In this document: piece after piece, positions 60,048-64,000 of the stretch
Numbering within the stretch: position 1 is the stretch's first letter
Layout: every line of letters begins with the position of its first letter
Source: Deferribacterales bacterium
GTDB taxonomy: Bacteria > Chrysiogenota > Deferribacteres > Deferribacterales > Geovibrionaceae
NCBI GenBank assembly: GCA_050251945.1
Contig: JBFWLW010000001.1
Location: 128,001 to 192,000, forward strand
Direction of reading: 5' to 3'
DNA: 64,000 bases
Position numbers and translations under genes: made by a program
Notes under the pieces: generated by a model
Databases searched by the model: none
Told to the model about the DNA's origin: nothing
What the model saw: only the letters and a program-made list of their open reading frames with translations

Positions 60048-61888
60048 TCCATCCTCCCGTCGGTTTTTACTGAAGGCAGTATTATCTCGAACACAGCGCC
60101 GCTGTCAGAATTGCTGACGTTCATGTCGCCGTTGTGCTTTTGTATTATCTTCTTGCACATGTAAAGTCCGAGACCGGAGCCGTCCTTTTTCTTCTTTGTG
60201 GTGAAATAGGGTGTGAATATCTTGTCCAGTGCCTCGGGATTTATCCCTCCGCCGTTGTCGGATATCCGCATTATGCATACAGCGCCGCTCTCTTCTATTT
60301 CAATGTTTATATTGCCGACAAACATTTTGTTTTTCTCTTTTACGTCCATTATGGCATCTTTTGCGTTGTTCAGCAGGTTTACCATAACATGTTTGAACTC
60401 ATTCGGGTTTGCCGCGGCAAACACACTCTTTTTACCTTTGGAATCAATGGTTATGTCTATTTTCTTTTTAGCCATCGTGGGGTTGAGAAGTTTTAATATT
60501 TCTTCCGCAGTTCTGACCATATCCATTTTCATTTCAATGTTGCCCGACGGCAGTATGAAATCCATAAAATCGTTTATTGTTTCGCTCATGAACGTTATCT
60601 GCGCCATACACTTATCGACTATGTCCTCGCGGTGTTTGCGCTCCTCTTCATCCATATCGTCGTCGAGCATGTTCTGAACGTACATTGCCAGTATATTCAG
60701 CGGCTGTTTCCACTGGTGAGCCAGTGAGCTGAACATTTCGCCGAGGGTTGCCAGTTTTGACTGCTGGAAAAGCATCTGTTCCTTGATATAAAGCTGGTTT
60801 TCGTTCTCTTTCAGTTTCTCATCCAGAAATGTGTTGAGTATTATCGTTTTATGTCCGTTAAGAAACGACAGGAATATTACTCCGAATACGAGCAGTATTG
60901 TTATCGAACCACCGACAAGAGCCGCTTTGTATATGTTAAGGATATGTCTGTATTTGTTGTCGCGCTCCATTTTTACGAAATAGGCGACCTGCTGGTCGAG
61001 GATGTTTGGTATAGGCAGGAACGATGCAGTGACCTCTTTGCCGTTTATCACGGAGTGTATGGAAAATGCTTCGCCCATATCCATTCTCTCTTTGATAATC
61101 GGTTTGAATATTTCACATGCGTAGAGATATTCTTCTATACTGCCGAAAACAGTCGCGTTTTCCTGCAGGTATTCGTAGCTGATATTTTCCCGCAGATAGT
61201 TGTCGGAAAGTTCAGACTGTGCATAGTTGTATTGTTCTGACGGGAATACCGTTGAATCCACCACCGATTTTTTCACAAGGAAATCATGTATTCCCGCAGA
61301 GGTGGTGTTCATTGTGTTTGCCAGATATACGGACGAGATACTGATTTCTACACTGCCTATGTGGACTGAATTGTACACAAGAGGGTATACGAATCGGAAT
61401 CCGTTGAAAATCCGTCCCTCTTCAAACCCTTCGGTATATCTTACCAGTCTGTTTGCCGCGTCTACGGTGTGTCGTATGCCCGCCAGAGAGTCTCCGTATT
61501 CGTCGGGCTTGTGCATGCGCAGGAAGCTTACCGAATCTCTGGTATGAAAATGAAGCTGTTTAAGACCAAGCTTGACTTGTTGTTCATAGATGATGCGCAG
61601 TTTTTCATACATCTCTTTTCTTATTTCGTTCTGCCTCTTTGGCGTTGCCACGTCAGCTTCCGCAAAAAGTTTGAGAATGTCCGGATTACTGTTTATCATT
61701 ACGTTGTAAAAAGCGTTGGCAATGTTTCTCGCGTTTGAAATTCCTGCGTTATATGAAGAGCGGAGTGCTTCGGTTTCGTTTTTGAGATGTTCCTGAATAA
61801 AGATATCTTTGACCTTTCCTGCGCTGAAGAAAAATATAAGCTCACATACGAACAATGTGATTAAAATAATAGTTGTTTTTGTTTTCAT
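60044..61888 (-). CDS. Orphan sensor histidine kinase with Cache-like periplasmic domain
   Basis: Two TM, AHQWKQPL, NLLNNAKDA, DNGGG, GSGLGL. Confidence 0.88.
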   Translation of the reverse strand: MKTKTTIILITLFVCELIFFFSAGKVKDIFIQEHLKNETEALRSSYNAGISNARNIANAFYNVMINSNPDILKLFAEADVATPKRQNEIRKEMYEKLRIIYEQQVKLGLKQLHFHTRDSVSFLRMHKPDEYGDSLAGIRHTVDAANRLVRYTEGFEEGRIFNGFRFVYPLVYNSVHIGSVEISISSVYLANTMNTTSAGIHDFLVKKSVVDSTVFPSEQYNYAQSELSDNYLRENISYEYLQENATVFGSIEEYLYACEIFKPIIKERMDMGEAFSIHSVINGKEVTASFLPIPNILDQQVAYFVKMERDNKYRHILNIYKAALVGGSITILLVFGVIFLSFLNGHKTIILNTFLDEKLKENENQLYIKEQMLFQQSKLATLGEMFSSLAHQWKQPLNILAMYVQNMLDDDMDEEERKHREDIVDKCMAQITFMSETINDFMDFILPSGNIEMKMDMVRTAEEILKLLNPTMAKKKIDITIDSKGKKSVFAAANPNEFKHVMVNLLNNAKDAIMDVKEKNKMFVGNINIEIEESGAVCIMRISDNGGGINPEALDKIFTPYFTTKKKKDGSGLGLYMCKKIIQKHNGDMNVSNSDSGAVFEIILPSVKTDGRME

Positions 61889-62104
61889 TTACTCAGCCTG
61901 ATCATCTGATATTTATTCCAGATAGTACCACATTATTCAAGTTTTTTTTGTGCAAATTCTTCTCACGTGTGTGAACCGCCGTTACACACCAAAATTTGAT
62001 ATAAAATGGTTTGCTGCAATATACAAGGTGGTTACGGAATTATGCGTTTTTGGCATGCAAGTTGGTACTACTAAAGCAACTAAACACATCAGGAGGATCT
62101 CAAG

Positions 62105-62494
62105 ATGAAACGTACTTTATTGGTAACATTTGCAGTAGTGCTTGCAGCAGGAATGGCATTCGCATACGGCGGTATGGGAAGAGGATACGGAATGATGGGC
62201 GGCGGATACGGTCCCGGTTTCGGCGGCGGATGCGGTCCCTGTTCACAGTTTTATGACGAAGACGGACAGCCCCAGCAGCAGGCTCCTAAAGCAGTGACAA
62301 AAGAAGAGGCTCAGAAGAAAGTTGAGGAATTTATCGCAACAAACCTGAAAGGATATAAAATAGAAAAGACACAGGAATTTCAGGGCGGAAGATTCATGAT
62401 GTATAACTTCTTTGTAAAAGATGCTTCCGGCAACAAATTTGTTCTCAGGGTTAACCCCTGGGGCAACGTTATGGGACCTTTCATCGTTCAGTGA
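62105..62494 (+). CDS. Periplasmic protein with Gly/Met-rich N-terminus, CGPC and PepSY-like C-terminus
   Basis: Signal peptide ending AFA, GGMGRGYGMMGG, CGPC, VNPWG; AGGAGG RBS. Confidence 0.7.
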   Translation: MKRTLLVTFAVVLAAGMAFAYGGMGRGYGMMGGGYGPGFGGGCGPCSQFYDEDGQPQQQAPKAVTKEEAQKKVEEFIATNLKGYKIEKTQEFQGGRFMMYNFFVKDASGNKFVLRVNPWGNVMGPFIVQ

Positions 62495-62505
62495 TGAAAA
62501 GGCAG

Positions 62506-62536
62506 GGCGGGGGTCGAAAAATCCCCGCCTTTTTTT
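62506..62536 (+). terminator. Intrinsic terminator
   Basis: GGCGGGG...CCCCGCC-TTTTTT between convergent genes. Confidence 0.7.
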
Positions 62537-62538
62537 AT

Positions 62539-63234
62539 TTACATGTTCAGAAGTTCAAATTCCTGTAAAGCGTCTTCACCAAATTCGACTGTTTCAACAT
62601 CATTTCCCTCAATGCTGACAGCCTGTCCCGCCTTCATAGTAAAAGTTTTAACATATTCAGTGTATTGTTTTTCAAGATCCGCTACATATTTGTCGTATTC
62701 ACCCATCATTTTTTTTACGTAGGCTTCGTATTCATCCATGACTACTTTGTTGTGCTTTGTGAATTCACCCTCAAGTGAATCCACTGTTATGACTCCATCC
62801 TTAAGGTACACTTTACATTTGCCGTCCTGTGTCATATCAACGAGAAATTCGGTTCCTTTGACACCTATTACGGCTGTTTTAAGTCCTACTGTCACAGTCC
62901 CTGCAACTGCTCCGCGTTTTTTAATGCTGAAAATAACTTTTCCGCCTTCCGGATTGATTTTGTTGGTGGAGGTGAATGATGCTATGGAGTTTTCGGAAAG
63001 GGCTATTTTGTCGCCTGATTCAAGCACTATTACGGCGGCAGAAGCACGTTTTGCCGCAACTTTATTCGTAAGAGCTATTTCGGTGTCAGGCTGTGTTACA
63101 GGTGCAGGACGCGGAGATACGCCGTCGTAAAGCTCAACGGAGCCTGTGTATCTCTTGATAACGCCTATACTGTCCCGCGCAAAGGCAGAGAAAGGAAGTA
63201 GTAAGCATATGGTCAGAATGAGTGTGTTTTTCAT
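62539..63234 (-). CDS. Secreted FecR-domain protein
   Basis: Signal peptide, LSENS, TAVIGVKGTEF.V, V...G. Confidence 0.7.
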   Translation of the reverse strand: MKNTLILTICLLLPFSAFARDSIGVIKRYTGSVELYDGVSPRPAPVTQPDTEIALTNKVAAKRASAAVIVLESGDKIALSENSIASFTSTNKINPEGGKVIFSIKKRGAVAGTVTVGLKTAVIGVKGTEFLVDMTQDGKCKVYLKDGVITVDSLEGEFTKHNKVVMDEYEAYVKKMMGEYDKYVADLEKQYTEYVKTFTMKAGQAVSIEGNDVETVEFGEDALQEFELLNM

Positions 63235-63397
63235 ATGTAACTCCTGATGTATGATAGCTCATTTATCTTTCATACATAAGTGAAAAATACCCTGTCAATG
63301 TTTGCATTATATACTATTTTAAAGAAAATAGTATGGCAACATGAACCTTCATGTGTTAAATTCTATCAAAGGAATGTACGATTACCGGAGGTAGTTT

Positions 63398-63967
63398 ATG
63401 AAAAAACTGATCCTAATAGTTTCCCTTCTCGCTTTTATTCTGGCGGGATGCGGAGGAAAACAGGAACAACCGAAAACGCTTGCCGACCCTTGTTTTGTGG
63501 GGGCGCCCTCATGGGTTCTTAATCCCGCTGTGGAAGGTGCGCTTGCGGCTGTTGGCTCCGCTGCCAAATCTGCTGCCGGAATGCAGTTTACAAGAGACGC
63601 TGCCATGGCTAATGCCAGAAGCGAGCTTGCAAGAATGATAGATGTCAAAGTCAACACCATGATGAAAGATTTCACTCAGGTTACAGGCGTGGGCGATGCC
63701 CAGACTGTTGACAAAGTTACATCATCTGTTTCCAAACAGATAGCAAGCCAGTCACTTCAGGGTACAACACAAAAAGAGATATGGATGTCTCCTTGCGGCG
63801 AACTCTATGTTCTCGTTGTGCTTAACCCCTCAAAGGTTGCTGACCTCACAAAACAGCAGGTCACTTCCAGCCTGAAAAACGATGCCGCTCTGTGGCAGCA
63901 GTTCCAGGCACAAAAAGCTCAGGACGAACTTGACGCTGCCATCAGCAAAGAGTTTCCTCAGCAGTAA
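63398..63967 (+). CDS. LPP20-family lipoprotein
   Basis: LAGC lipobox, APSWV, AVGSA, AMANARSELA, LYVLV. Confidence 0.75.
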   Translation: MKKLILIVSLLAFILAGCGGKQEQPKTLADPCFVGAPSWVLNPAVEGALAAVGSAAKSAAGMQFTRDAAMANARSELARMIDVKVNTMMKDFTQVTGVGDAQTVDKVTSSVSKQIASQSLQGTTQKEIWMSPCGELYVLVVLNPSKVADLTKQQVTSSLKNDAALWQQFQAQKAQDELDAAISKEFPQQ

Positions 63968-64000
63968 CAGAGAACGTTCTCAAACACTAACGAAGGGCAG

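Overview
Chromosomal, mostly housekeeping window of an anaerobic Gram-negative bacterium. Gene content and style suggest Deferribacterota or a deltaproteobacterium-like lineage (inference). It carries rlmL-like methyltransferase, a DUF1998 helicase fused to a DEDD exonuclease, a pho locus (phoU-phoB-phoR-Na/Pi cotransporter), leuS-lptE-holA, birA-coaX-rodZ, iscS-iscU-nfu, hemE-hemH-ubiA-ubiX, serA, lysS, mreBCD-mrdA-rodA, trxA, feoAB, three c-di-GMP enzymes, a LuxR solo, three RRM RNA-binding paralogs, a NitT/TauT ABC operon with a QueG-like Fe-S protein, and an acetate CoA-transferase. No rRNA, tRNA, CRISPR array or transposase was found. The most notable observations are: (1) a family of 120-140 bp non-autonomous elements inserted in intrinsic terminators with duplication of the hairpin and carrying covarying palindromic units; (2) a conserved ~210-nt 5' leader shared by two RRM genes; (3) a cluster of apparent pseudo-enzymes (IscS without the PLP lysine, Acs without the catalytic lysine next to a CBS protein, a degenerate Asd); (4) a possible Trp-codon attenuator upstream of the LuxR solo.
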